Source: a virus (taxonomy: Duplodnaviria; Caudoviricetes). From it: a stretch of DNA of 60,015 nt. The translations under genes were made by a program, and so were the position numbers. Shown here piece after piece: positions 45,807 through 55,353 of the stretch (its first letter is position 1; the number at the start of each line of letters is the position of its first letter). The notes under the pieces were generated by a model. That model worked only from the letters and a program-made list of their open reading frames with translations. It searched no databases and had not been told where the DNA came from. The DNA lies in the IMG/VR virus record IMGVR_UViG_3300044621_001273, positions 1 to 60,015 of that record; one strand, given 5' to 3'.

Positions 45807-48800
45807 TAGTATGCCCTAACGCCTGTGATGGTGAGATAGTCAACATCGGCTGCTGTACCAGAGCCTGTGTGGACTAATGTGCATGGAGATGATGCAGAAG
45901 TCCCCGTCAGTGTCAACACTCTTCCAGCTTCACCAGTGGCAGTGAAGCTACCAACACGCTGTGTTGTTGTGCCGAAGGCGATGGTGGTGGCACCAGTGGC
46001 TTTGTAGGTGTTGGTGATGTTGGCGAAGGTGTTGTTGCCGCTGATGGTGAGAGTGCCTGCGCCGCCTTGGTTGAGGGTGATGTTGGTGTAGGCGATGCCG
46101 CCGCCAGCGAAGGTTTTGGCTGATGCAGAGGTGAGGCTGATGGTGCCTGTGCCTGTGACGGTGAGGTTGGTGGAGGTGGTGGCATCCCATGAAGTCCCGG
46201 CGTCAGTAACGGCACACAGACTAGAACCAATATTTAATGTTCTAACATCAGTGCCTGAAAGCCTCCAAACTGCTGATGTTATTGAATAATCATTTGTATT
46301 AAATGTTCCAGATGTAAGTGTTACGCCATTAAGTCCTTGCGTTGTAGTCAAAGAGTCAAGACAAGATACGCTACCAGATCGCGCATTTATAATGACACCT
46401 TGTGTGAATGTTTTTCCTGCGCTTGTAATAGTTTGACTTCCTCGCCCGGCAAACGTAAATGACCCGGAGTTGCTCAAGGTAGTACCTGTACCGTTAATCC
46501 AGTTCCCGTGAATAAACGGAGCTTGAGTACAAGCCAACGTCATCGTATTCGTCGTCCTAGCCGACATATCAATCGTGCCGATGTTGTAGGCTTGGTTGAT
46601 GGTAATGGTAGCGCCGCTGTTCAACCCCGTAGCTTCAAAGAAGCAGGTGTCTTGGGCAAGCGGGAAGTCGTTGATGTTTGGCGTGCCGCCGCTGCCTGTA
46701 GCCCAGCCCGTTGCAGACCAGTTGCCGCCAGCAGCAAGGTTCCAATACTTGTTCGCCGCAGCCGTGAACGTGATGCCGCTGTTGCCTTTGCAATCGCCAA
46801 TGCGCGTGCCCGTCGCTGGCGCTGCTACACCGGCTATGGTGATGTCTCTGAAGTCAACGTCGGTCAAGGACACAGCCGCGCAGGTGAGCGTGCGTGTGGT
46901 GCCGAGGGTGTCAGAGCAAACGAAGTGACGCATCGTGGCGTTGGTGCCTGCTGAGCAGGTGAGGGTGCCTGTGATGGTCTGGTCTGCTGTGACGCTGATG
47001 ACCTTCAAGCCAGCAGAGGTGATGCCGGTGAAGGACAGGTCGTTGAAGCTATTGGCTCCGTTGATGGTGACGGTGCCTGCGGATGTGTCAGTAAATGCGA
47101 CGTTATAGAAGGTTTTGCCATTTCCTGAAAAGGTTGGGTTGCTTCCAGTGCAGTTAATTTGCGCAGTTCCGGCAACAATCGTAAGATCAGCAGATGTAGT
47201 TTCCGTAGTTCCAAACGCAAATGCGCCACTACTACCAGAAGTCGTTATAGTCCCGGACCCAAAGTCAAAGGTTCTTATATTAGAAGAACTGCAGGTAATT
47301 CCCCCACATGTCAAATTGTACGTTACACAATCAAAAACTCCATTAACTAACGTAAAGCCCCCTACTGTGCTCAAATCTAAAGCACTACCCAACACCCATT
47401 CACACCCCACCCCATTCACCGTAATGGACGATGCCAACGTCACACCGTTTGTCGTCAACGTCAACCCAGACGTAGACCCAGACAGCGTGATAGCGCCTGT
47501 GTACGTCCTCGTCAGCCCTGTCGCAGGCAGCGTCACGTTGCCGTGAATACCAACAATAGCTGTGCTGCCTGCCAGCGTCACGTTGCCCACCAACGGGCCT
47601 GCAATGGTGAGGGCTTTGCAGCGAATGCCGCCAGTGACAGCATTCACCGTGGCTGTGTAGGCTGTGGCGTTGGACAGGCTGTCGAAGACAACATCATCAT
47701 GGCTTCTCGGCACAGACGCGCCTGAGCCTCCACCAGACCCTGTAGACCAACGAGCGGTGTCGCTCCAGTTGCCTGTGCCACCAACCCAGTAGCGCGTGCT
47801 GTCGGCTGGCTTGGCTGTGCGGTAGACAGGCGCTGCCGCTGTGCCTGTGCTGTTGGCACCGGCGTAGAACTCACCAGGGCTTGTGGCAGCAAAGCCAATG
47901 CTGCCCATGGCAAGGTAGTCAATGCTGTCTGTGCAAGCTCCAGCGAGGATGTGAGAATTGCCTGAACCAGTCAGCGTGACCACGTTACCCACCGTACCTG
48001 TAACCGTCCAAGCGCCAAAGGTCTGTGTGAATGCGCCAAGGGCGATGGTGTGGGCTACGGTCTTTGTTGAGGCAAGTTCGGTGAATTGGTTACTGTCGTT
48101 AATGGTAGTAGTAGATGTGCCCGTTGCGCCTCCAATGGTGAGTTTGTTGTAAGACAAAGCGCCGCCAGAAAATGTACGAGCAGTTGTGCTGGTATCAGAT
48201 AGAACGATGTTGGCTGTGCCTTTATAGAAAACGGGGGTTGCCGATATTTGCCATACGTTTCCAACACCTGACAAAGTCCAAGTACCAGAACCCATTTTTA
48301 GTGTAGATAGCACAGAAGTGTTTGAAAATAAACCTATCGTTACATTGTATGTAACCGCATCGAATACCCCTTGAAATAAACTTAATGTTCTAGTGGAGCC
48401 TATAATTAACGCATCACCAAGTTGCGTTGTGCTAAAAGGTTGGATAGAAATATTACAACCAAACGTAACTCCATTGCTGGTAATGGTCTGAGTGCCACGT
48501 TTGGCAAAAGTAATCGTGCCTACTGTGCTGGATGACGTAACCCCAGTGCCAAACTTCCAATCGCCGTAAACAAACGGAGTGTTGGTGCTGGTGGTGAGCG
48601 TCATCGCACTAGTCCGCAACGACGCATCAAACGTGCCGATGTTCCAAGCAGCATTGATTGTGATGGTGCCTGTGACGCTGCCAGCAGCTTCATCAAACAC
48701 CGCTGTGTCCTGCGCCAATGGGAAGTTGTTGATGTCAGGACTGCCACCAGAGGAAGGTGCCCAAGCTGTAGCAGACCAGTTCTGTGCTCCAGCAAGGTTC

Positions 48801-50845
48801 CAATAGACGGTCTTCGCCGCAGGGAAGGTGATGCCGCTGTTGCCGCCACAGTCGCCTGCACGGGTCGGAGAAGAGCCTGCTGCGGTGCCAGCAATGGTGA
48901 TGTCGCGGAAGTCGCAATCGTCGGCACTGAGCGTGCCGACTGTGAGGGTGCGGGTGGTGCCGAGGGTGTCAGAGCGGACGAAGATGCGACGGACGGCTGT
49001 GGCACCGGCGACGGTGAGGGTGCCGGTGATGGTTTGGTTTGCCGCAAAAGTGTATTGCATCAACCCCACCGAGGCAGGCGCGCTAATGGTTAGATTGTTA
49101 AAACTACCTGCAATACTTGAATTATTGCTGTGCTGAGCGCTACTAGTTCCTGTATAGGTTAAATTATACAGTGCTGCTCCTCCGGGGTTTATAGAAGTAC
49201 TCCCTGTTGCTGAAAAATTTATTTGTGAAGTACCTGCGTTAAAAGTAAGATTTGTTGGTGTTGTTAACGTTAATGGAGACGTACTATTCAACGTCACCGT
49301 ACTCGACCCCAGCAATATCGCCCTGACGTTGCTGTTAGATGAGGATACCTGCCCCCCGGTTACGTTGTAGTTTTTGGTGTCGAAGGTGCCGTTGGTTACT
49401 GTAAACGGATTATTAGAGCCGATATCAAGCGCGTCACCAAGCTCTACTGATCCGCCATAAGAATCGACCGTAAACGCTTGTGAAAATGTTTTACCAGCGC
49501 TTGTAATGACCTGCGTATTTCTCCCAGAGAATGTCAAAGCGCCTGAGTAGGACCGTGTCACCCCACTGCCAAACTCCCAATCACCATACACCGTATAAGC
49601 CGTCGATCCAGCCAACGTCATCGCATTTGTGCGCGTTGACATGTCAATAGTGCCAAAGTAAGGCACAGGCGCATCAAGCGTCACCGTAGCCGACGTATTC
49701 AACCCTGTGTTCTCGATGACAGCCGTGTCCTGCGCCAACGGGAAGTTGTCTGTGCTGACACCAGCACCAGAGCTTGCAGCCCAAGCGTTGGCAGACCAGT
49801 TGCCGCCAGCAGCCAAGTTCCAATACACCGTCTTGGGCGTGTCGAAGGTTATGCCTCTGCACCCGCGCAGGTCTCCAACACGAGTGCCGCTGATGGGCGC
49901 GGCTGTGCCGATGACGTAGATGTCTCGGAAGTCTGCGTCGGTCAGGCTCGGGGCTGAGTTGATGGTGAGGGTTTGGGCGATGCCGTAGGTGGCACTTCTG
50001 AACCAAACTCTGCGGTTGCCTGCGGTGCCCGTGGTGGAGAGGGTGCCGTTGATGGTTTGACGGGAGTCGAAGGTAAATGAACGGACGCCAGCCGCCGACG
50101 GCCCTGCAACCGATATATTATTAAACGTATTAACGCCAACAATATTGTGCGTAGAAGAAACAGTTGATGTGAAAGAAACATTATAAAATGTTACACCTAC
50201 ACTGCCGCCAGCCGCGCCCCCGCGCACTGAAGCTGCACTTCCCGTACAGATGATAGTGGATGTTCCAGCGTTAAATGTTAAATTTGTATTGTTTGTAAAT
50301 AGAACAGCCGTTATAATAGAACTTACACTTACTGTAGAAGACCCTAAATTTATAGTCCTAATATTGCTGTTATTGGACGCAAATTGAGTAGCTGTAACAT
50401 TGTAATCTGCTGTGCTAAATGTACCTGCAGTTACGATAATATCGTTTGAAGACGTCAGCGCATCCCCAAGCGTCACCGTAATACCTGCCCCGTTTATCGT
50501 CACCGACCCCAAGGTCTTACCCGCTGTCGTCAACGTCCCAGTTCCATTCAGCGTCAGCGTACCGCTGTACGTCACCGTCATCCCCGCCACAAGCGTAACG
50601 CTGCCAGATACGGTGATGGCTGCTGTTCCCGCCAACGTCCCCGTAAACCCTGTGCAATTGATGGACTTGGCACCGGTGTTTCCGCTGGAGATGGTGCAGG
50701 TGCCGGAGGAGGTGGCGTCAAAGAAAACGTCGTCAGCGCTTGTGGGAACGGCTGCGCCACCAGCGCCACCAACGGTATCAGCCCACTTCGTTCCAGCGGT
50801 GCCATCCCACGCGGCAGTTCCACCGCGCCAAAAACGATCTGCGAT
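45806..50845 (-). CDS. Giant five-module tail fibre / adhesin-like protein (about 1679 aa; apparent AUC start)
   Basis: Frame is open 70 codons upstream of the track start, to ATC-GCA-GAT-CGT-TTT-TGG with AAGGAG 7 nt upstream; ~340-aa modules start (Y/F)WxxxxGxW. Confidence 0.8.
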   Translation of the reverse strand: MADRFWRGGTAAWDGTAGTKWADTVGGAGGAAVPTSADDVFFDATSSGTCTISSGNTGAKSINCTGFTGTLAGTAAITVSGSVTLVAGMTVTYSGTLTLNGTGTLTTAGKTLGSVTINGAGITVTLGDALTSSNDIIVTAGTFSTADYNVTATQFASNNSNIRTINLGSSTVSVSSIITAVLFTNNTNLTFNAGTSTIICTGSAASVRGGAAGGSVGVTFYNVSFTSTVSSTHNIVGVNTFNNISVAGPSAAGVRSFTFDSRQTINGTLSTTGTAGNRRVWFRSATYGIAQTLTINSAPSLTDADFRDIYVIGTAAPISGTRVGDLRGCRGITFDTPKTVYWNLAAGGNWSANAWAASSGAGVSTDNFPLAQDTAVIENTGLNTSATVTLDAPVPYFGTIDMSTRTNAMTLAGSTAYTVYGDWEFGSGVTRSYSGALTFSGRNTQVITSAGKTFSQAFTVDSYGGSVELGDALDIGSNNPFTVTNGTFDTKNYNVTGGQVSSSNSNVRAILLGSSTVTLNSTSPLTLTTPTNLTFNAGTSQINFSATGSTSINPGGAALYNLTYTGTSSAQHSNNSSIAGSFNNLTISAPASVGLMQYTFAANQTITGTLTVAGATAVRRIFVRSDTLGTTRTLTVGTLSADDCDFRDITIAGTAAGSSPTRAGDCGGNSGITFPAAKTVYWNLAGAQNWSATAWAPSSGGSPDINNFPLAQDTAVFDEAAGSVTGTITINAAWNIGTFDASLRTSAMTLTTSTNTPFVYGDWKFGTGVTSSSTVGTITFAKRGTQTITSNGVTFGCNISIQPFSTTQLGDALIIGSTRTLSLFQGVFDAVTYNVTIGLFSNTSVLSTLKMGSGTWTLSGVGNVWQISATPVFYKGTANIVLSDTSTTARTFSGGALSYNKLTIGGATGTSTTTINDSNQFTELASTKTVAHTIALGAFTQTFGAWTVTGTVGNVVTLTGSGNSHILAGACTDSIDYLAMGSIGFAATSPGEFYAGANSTGTAAAPVYRTAKPADSTRYWVGGTGNWSDTARWSTGSGGGSGASVPRSHDDVVFDSLSNATAYTATVNAVTGGIRCKALTIAGPLVGNVTLAGSTAIVGIHGNVTLPATGLTRTYTGAITLSGSTSGLTLTTNGVTLASSITVNGVGCEWVLGSALDLSTVGGFTLVNGVFDCVTYNLTCGGITCSSSNIRTFDFGSGTITTSGSSGAFAFGTTETTSADLTIVAGTAQINCTGSNPTFSGNGKTFYNVAFTDTSAGTVTINGANSFNDLSFTGITSAGLKVISVTADQTITGTLTCSAGTNATMRHFVCSDTLGTTRTLTCAAVSLTDVDFRDITIAGVAAPATGTRIGDCKGNSGITFTAAANKYWNLAAGGNWSATGWATGSGGTPNINDFPLAQDTCFFEATGLNSGATITINQAYNIGTIDMSARTTNTMTLACTQAPFIHGNWINGTGTTLSNSGSFTFAGRGSQTITSAGKTFTQGVIINARSGSVSCLDSLTTTQGLNGVTLTSGTFNTNDYSITSAVWRLSGTDVRTLNIGSSLCAVTDAGTSWDATTSTNLTVTGTGTISLTSASAKTFAGGGIAYTNITLNQGGAGTLTISGNNTFANITNTYKATGATTIAFGTTTQRVGSFTATGEAGRVLTLTGTSASSPCTLVHTGSGTAADVDYLTITGVRAY

Positions 50846-50846
50846 T

Positions 50847-51557
50847 TTAGCTCTCCTTAAATCTCAATGCCTTGTGTCCATGCGTATCCAACTTTACATG
50901 GCAAGGCCGACAAACAGTTCTTCCGTTACTCACGTCATACCGAAGATCTGGAAAGGCACACCACGGTTTAATGTGATCTGCCTCTAAATACCCGCCCCGG
51001 GTGTTACAAATTTTACAACTCCAGTTATCTCTTACAAAGACCGCGTTTCGCCAGTCTCTATATGGGTACTGCGCCATCGCTGTTTTACGCTCTGATCTTA
51101 AGCCACCACGCCAATTCGGATGATCTGAACCGTGACGATAGTTTTGTCTTTGAAACTCAGAGATCTTTTTGCGAGTCTCGTCTGAATGCCCCCGTTTTTC
51201 TGGCGGTACTAGGTCAGGATGTCCTTTCGTAAACAAGCCTTTTAACTCTCGGCCGGCGTAGTAGCAAACCTTACTGCAAAACTTCTTGCGTCCAACTTGA
51301 TTGGGCTCAATTCTCATGTCAACGCCACAAGTCTTGCAGTTAATGTGAACTCCTTCTGTTTTGTTCCATGCGGGCCTGCCGTTCTTTATGCCTTTAAATG
51401 GTGACGGTTTACCTCGTAGTGCCTCGGCTGCTTTGGTAGCTCGAAGAGCGTAAGAACACTCCTTAGAACAAGTTGTCTGCCGCCCGTGCTTTAAGCGTCC
51501 CAAATCTGCAAAATAACTCTTATTGCAGATAGGACAAAGCCTTTCGACAGACTCCAT
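50847..51557 (-). CDS. Free-standing HNH homing endonuclease with Zn-finger and NUMOD-like segments
   Basis: CPIC..CSKEC, PAWNK, HSDETRKKIS, HPNWRGG, VFVRDNWSCKIC, ADHIKPW, NGRTVCRPCH. Confidence 0.9.
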   Translation of the reverse strand: MESVERLCPICNKSYFADLGRLKHGRQTTCSKECSYALRATKAAEALRGKPSPFKGIKNGRPAWNKTEGVHINCKTCGVDMRIEPNQVGRKKFCSKVCYYAGRELKGLFTKGHPDLVPPEKRGHSDETRKKISEFQRQNYRHGSDHPNWRGGLRSERKTAMAQYPYRDWRNAVFVRDNWSCKICNTRGGYLEADHIKPWCAFPDLRYDVSNGRTVCRPCHVKLDTHGHKALRFKES

Positions 51558-51560
51558 CTC

Positions 51561-51779
51561 TTACGCCTTCACGTAACGAACACCGTCAATCTCGATGTAC
51601 TCAGGCTCAGGCTCAGGCTCAGCCTCAACAGGCGGCGCAGTCACCACAGCAATCCAGTTGTCTCGGCGCTGCTCCTTCATCGCCTGGATTTCAGCCTCTG
51701 TGAAGCTGTGATCATCAGGCAGATGAAGAGCATCGGCAAACTTGCCGTGAGGAGTGTCGAAGGAGAAATCAATCTTCAT
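51561..51779 (-). CDS. Small acidic protein associated with the fibre locus
   Basis: KIDFSFDT..G.F.DALHL...MKEQRRDNW. Confidence 0.7.
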   Translation of the reverse strand: MKIDFSFDTPHGKFADALHLPDDHSFTEAEIQAMKEQRRDNWIAVVTAPPVEAEPEPEPEYIEIDGVRYVKA

Positions 51780-51784
51780 AGCTA

Positions 51785-52204
51785 TTAAGCAATGCGGATG
51801 ATGGCGTTAGAAGCGTCAGCAGCAGGGAACACAACAGTGAAGTCACCATTGGTGCTGGACTTGTCGCTGCTAAAGTCAAGAACAGCAATGGCTCTGTCGG
51901 CCTTGCTGCTGTTGTAAATGAGAGCGCCTCTGGCAGTGATAGTGGCACTGGACCAGGTTGTGTCAGTAAAATCAACAATGGCAGTGGAGCCACTCAACGA
52001 AATGGCTGCACCAGCCAGCGTATTGCCACCAGCGGTGTAGCCTGTACCAGACACTTCGTTAGAAGTGGAATAGGCTGTTGTAGAAGCACCAAGAGTAGCA
52101 GAGCTTGTAAACAAAGCAATCTTGATGGTGTCGGTGTCAAGATCGTGAGTGCCGCCAAGCAACTCAGTCTTGAACGAATTGCACATAGCTTGTGTGATAG
52201 CCAT
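51785..52204 (-). CDS. Virion structural protein
   Basis: MAITQAMCNSFKTELL...KIALF...GTGYTAGG...TARGALIYN. Confidence 0.8.
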   Translation of the reverse strand: MAITQAMCNSFKTELLGGTHDLDTDTIKIALFTSSATLGASTTAYSTSNEVSGTGYTAGGNTLAGAAISLSGSTAIVDFTDTTWSSATITARGALIYNSSKADRAIAVLDFSSDKSSTNGDFTVVFPAADASNAIIRIA

Positions 52205-52218
52205 ATTAGTTCCTTAGT

Positions 52219-52260
52219 AAACAAAAAGGGGAGACAGGACAGACCTGTCCCGACCCCCCC
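52219..52260 (-). terminator. Intrinsic terminator after the capsid and decoration genes
   Basis: On the - strand, GC-rich hairpin GGGG..GGGACAG/CTGTCC..CCCC followed by TTTTTGTTT. Confidence 0.75.
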
Positions 52261-52271
52261 GTTATACCAGC

Positions 52272-52772
52272 TTAAGCCAGTGTGTCGCGGTCAACGCCGC
52301 CAGGAGCGGGCTTAGCATCGATGTTGCACAACAGCGCCCACACACGAATCTTGCCGCCAGTGGGGGCAGTGGTCGCAGTGGCAATGAGAACGTCGATGGT
52401 GTCAGCAGTAGCGCCAACAATCAGCGGCTGATAAGCAGCAGCGTTCTGTGCATAAGCACCAGCAGCAGCAGCGTCAAGGTCAAAGCCGTCAACGAAGCAG
52501 TCAGCGTCAACACCAGTGATGCCAAGATCAAGGGTGTTGTCGTTGGACTCGCCAGTAGCAACAGCAGTGACTTCAATGCCAGCATTGAGCACCATCGTGT
52601 TCGCGGGAACATCGATAGCTTCAATGACGTCAGCAGCAGCCAGAGCAGATGCCTTAGCCGTGGCTGCAACAGCCCAGTCAATTTCTTGCTCAACGAAATA
52701 CGGAATGTTCGTAAGCGAACGCACCGGACGAGGAGCGCCGCCTAAGCCGTTAGAGAGATCAATAGTAGCCAT
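52272..52772 (-). CDS. Putative capsid decoration / minor capsid protein
   Basis: Immediately downstream of the capsid gene, before the terminator; Ala-rich beta protein. Confidence 0.65.
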   Translation of the reverse strand: MATIDLSNGLGGAPRPVRSLTNIPYFVEQEIDWAVAATAKASALAAADVIEAIDVPANTMVLNAGIEVTAVATGESNDNTLDLGITGVDADCFVDGFDLDAAAAGAYAQNAAAYQPLIVGATADTIDVLIATATTAPTGGKIRVWALLCNIDAKPAPGGVDRDTLA

Positions 52773-52882
52773 TATGGTTTCCTTTCAAATTGTTTGAGAT
52801 GGTTATTAGTCTTCTTAGTCTAGAAAGCCGACACGTACACAAAAGTGCAGAGGTGTCGGGCGTCTTAGACATTAAACCAAGA

Positions 52883-53666
52883 TTAGGCCACGTTGTACTT
52901 GGCCGTGGTCAGAGCCTCAGGACGCAAAATCTTGCGACCATAGAGGTGCATACCACGAACAATGTCAGCAAACGAGTCCGGATCGCGATAGGTCTCAGTC
53001 TTGTTGATCTGCTCAGCAGAGGCAACAGCGCTGTCGTGACCGGCAACGATGACACCGAAGTTGCTGTTCTGGTTAGCCGTGCCTGTCGTGCCTGGGCCAG
53101 TGCCAACCTTCGGCAGGTTGTTGCTGACATAGATCTTGAAGCCGTGCAGGTTGTTCAACAGAAGACCGTTTTGCAGACCAGAGCCACCGAAGTCTGCATT
53201 CAGAAGACGGCTGTCCTCGTCCTTCAGCACTTCAACGAACACCGGATCAACCACAAGCCAACGACCATTGGTGTCAACGTTTTGTTGATCCAACAGACGC
53301 GACATACGAGCAATGATCATCAACGGCGACACCAGATCAGTCGGCATCGTCGTGACCCCAGGCAGACGCGCTGCAATGGGAATCGAATGATCACCGGCGC
53401 TGGCTGTGGTGATGTTGCCAAACGAGCTCTTGATGAGCTTCATCGTCGTCAACAGTTCGTCGTTACCAGCAGTCGAAACAGCCTTCGTACCAGGGAAGGT
53501 AGTGCGGGCGGTGTCGGCGCTGCCATGCAACACAGACTGTTGATAACCAGCGAGGTAGCCGAGAACGTCTTGGTCGAACTGGTCCTTCAAGCGATAGGCA
53601 GCACGATCAGATGCCAAAGACATCCAATTGATGTGCGACTGAGTTGCTTCGATGTCGTCAACTTTA
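52883..53666 (-). CDS. Major capsid protein, exon 2
   Basis: (F)KVDDIEATQSHINWMSLASDRAAYRLKD...RDPDSFADIVRGMHLYGRKILRPEAL. Confidence 0.93.
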
Positions 53667-53960
53667 CCTTTATATTCAGCAAGGGTCGTTAATCCTTACC
53701 CGCTTTATTCAAGCTGCTGCATTTTTCAATGCAGAGTAGACTATATCATCACCCTGACTTATCAGGGGCTGGGCGCTTCCGCTCACTTGAGCGTATGGAT
53801 TTCATCTCCCCGTAGGGCGGTATATCCTAGTCGTTGAACCTTCAAAGACCTTTCGGTCTATGCTTGGCTGCTGATTGCCTTAGCTATTATGCCTTAGGTT
53901 TTCCAGCAATTAACCCAGTTATTTAGATGAGATTACTCTCAAATGCGTCTGTTAGTGTTA
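53667..53960 (-). ncRNA. Group I self-splicing intron (subgroup IA-like, 294 nt, no ORF)
   Basis: P AATTGCTGGAAAA (53911-53899), Q AATCAGCAGCC, R GTTCAACGACTA, S GATGATATAGTCT; P1 GCGUU/GACGC with U.G at the splice site; terminal G; splicing restores the frame. Confidence 0.93.
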
Positions 53961-54247
53961 AACGCGAAGTAGTTGGCCTTATCGACAACCAGCGTGAAAT
54001 CGCTGTCATCAAGGTCTTGAGCCGTCACTTGAGTGCCGCGTGCATAAGCCTGAACGCTGACCTCGGGCTCCTTAACGATCTTAACTGAGTCCCCCATGCT
54101 GGAGATTTCTCCGAAATATTCGGAGTTGGTGATCGCTTGAGCGACCGAAGATTTCCTAAACGCGAGTTGTACTTTTTTACTGTAGATAATTGGCGACCAA
54201 TTACCATTTTGGAGGCTTGTATAGCCCGAAGCTGATGCAAACGCCAT
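53961..54247 (-). CDS. Major capsid protein, exon 1
   Basis: AAGGAG SD; MAFASASGY...NWSPIIYSKKVQLAFRK...YFGEI...VDKANYFA; spliced product 356 aa. Confidence 0.93.
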
Positions 54248-54446
54248 TTGATTTCTCCTTAATAATGGCTAACGTATCTCCTTATTCTTTCGGGTCTATT
54301 TGCATTAGGTGGTCACAAACATGTCTCTATAGCAACATGCTCAGTAACGGCTAAGCTCCTAGAGTGTACGACGAACATCGTTCAATACGACACAAGATGT
54401 AGAGCATCTTCGTTGGTGTTGTTACACGGGAAGATGCTGCTACTAC

Positions 54447-54475
54447 GTTAAATCACAATTTCACTCCAATGTCAA
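54447..54475 (-). promoter_or_regulatory. Sigma-70-like capsid promoter followed by a ~190-nt leader
   Basis: TTGACA-N17-TTTAAC with extended TG. Confidence 0.6.
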
Positions 54476-54477
54476 CA

Positions 54478-55353
54478 TCACCGAGCGCCGCCACTCATGT
54501 CATAGACAATCTTGCCTGCTCTGCGTGCCATTTCAATCTTTTCCATGTTGGCTTCAAATTCTTTGTCATTCATCTTCTGGATTTGACTTTCGTAAATCAC
54601 TCCATCAGACGCTTCCGTAGTTGGTGCAGTCTTACCAGCGCGTGTGTTGACAGCCATAGCTGCGCCTCTACTATCAGCCTTCTTAGCCTTGGCAATGCCC
54701 TTATCAGCCTTGTACAGATCGATAGCGCGTGCCGCAGCCTTGGCATCGTTGTCGTTCTCATACAGAGCCTGCTGCACCCATTTTGGTTGTTCTTCTACCC
54801 AATTATGGAATTCATCGTCTTCGCGGATGGTGTCGAAGTCTGGATGTAGACGCATCAGTTCTGCTTCAGCCTTTTGTCGCTGAGCTTGATGTTCCATCTC
54901 ATCAACTTTACGCATCCGTTCTTCTAACGAGCTTGATGTTTCCTTAGCCTTCTTGATGGCAATGGTTTCTACAATTTTGTAGACATCAGGATATTGCTCT
55001 GCCCAAGCACTGAGTTCTGTTTCACTCTTAGGCAGCTTGATTTCCTTCTTTGTTGTTGCTTCCAGTTGCTTTCTAAGCTCATCAATCTGAGTCTGAAGCT
55101 CTGTCTGTTGTTTCTGTGAATGACGCCTCAGATCGCCATAGCGCTTCTTGAATGTCTTTTCTTCAGCCGATGTAGGCTCTTCTCCGTCTTCATCTGTAGC
55201 AGCAACAACCTTGGTTGTTTCTTCTGTTGCAAATTGCTTCTGAAGCGCTTCAAGCTCTTCTTCATCTTTCTTGATGCGGTCTTCGTGTGTATTACGCCGC
55301 ATAGAAAATGAGGCCACTTTAACCGTCTGAGGGATAACAACTTCTGTAGACAT
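54478..55353 (-). CDS. Capsid scaffolding protein
   Basis: Acidic coiled coil between portal and capsid; FKKRYGDLRRH, HPDF, WVEEQP. Confidence 0.8.
   Translation of the reverse strand: MSTEVVIPQTVKVASFSMRRNTHEDRIKKDEEELEALQKQFATEETTKVVAATDEDGEEPTSAEEKTFKKRYGDLRRHSQKQQTELQTQIDELRKQLEATTKKEIKLPKSETELSAWAEQYPDVYKIVETIAIKKAKETSSSLEERMRKVDEMEHQAQRQKAEAELMRLHPDFDTIREDDEFHNWVEEQPKWVQQALYENDNDAKAAARAIDLYKADKGIAKAKKADSRGAAMAVNTRAGKTAPTTEASDGVIYESQIQKMNDKEFEANMEKIEMARRAGKIVYDMSGGAR

Noticed and set aside
45806-50845. Diversity-generating retroelement acting on the fibre gene
   Set aside because: No reverse transcriptase ORF, and I saw no near-identical template/variable repeat pair differing only at adenines.
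50847-51557. HNH gene as part of a second group I intron
   Set aside because: The flanks are only 1-3 nt, with no P/Q/R/S core elements.
52790-53692. 300-aa + strand ORF, and similar antisense ORFs such as 45139..45819, 50412..50987 and 26790..27392
   Set aside because: They are antisense shadows of well-supported genes, with no recognisable motifs.
52883-54247. Capsid gene as a pseudogene or two separate genes
   Set aside because: The gap has a complete group I intron core, and splicing restores a continuous frame.
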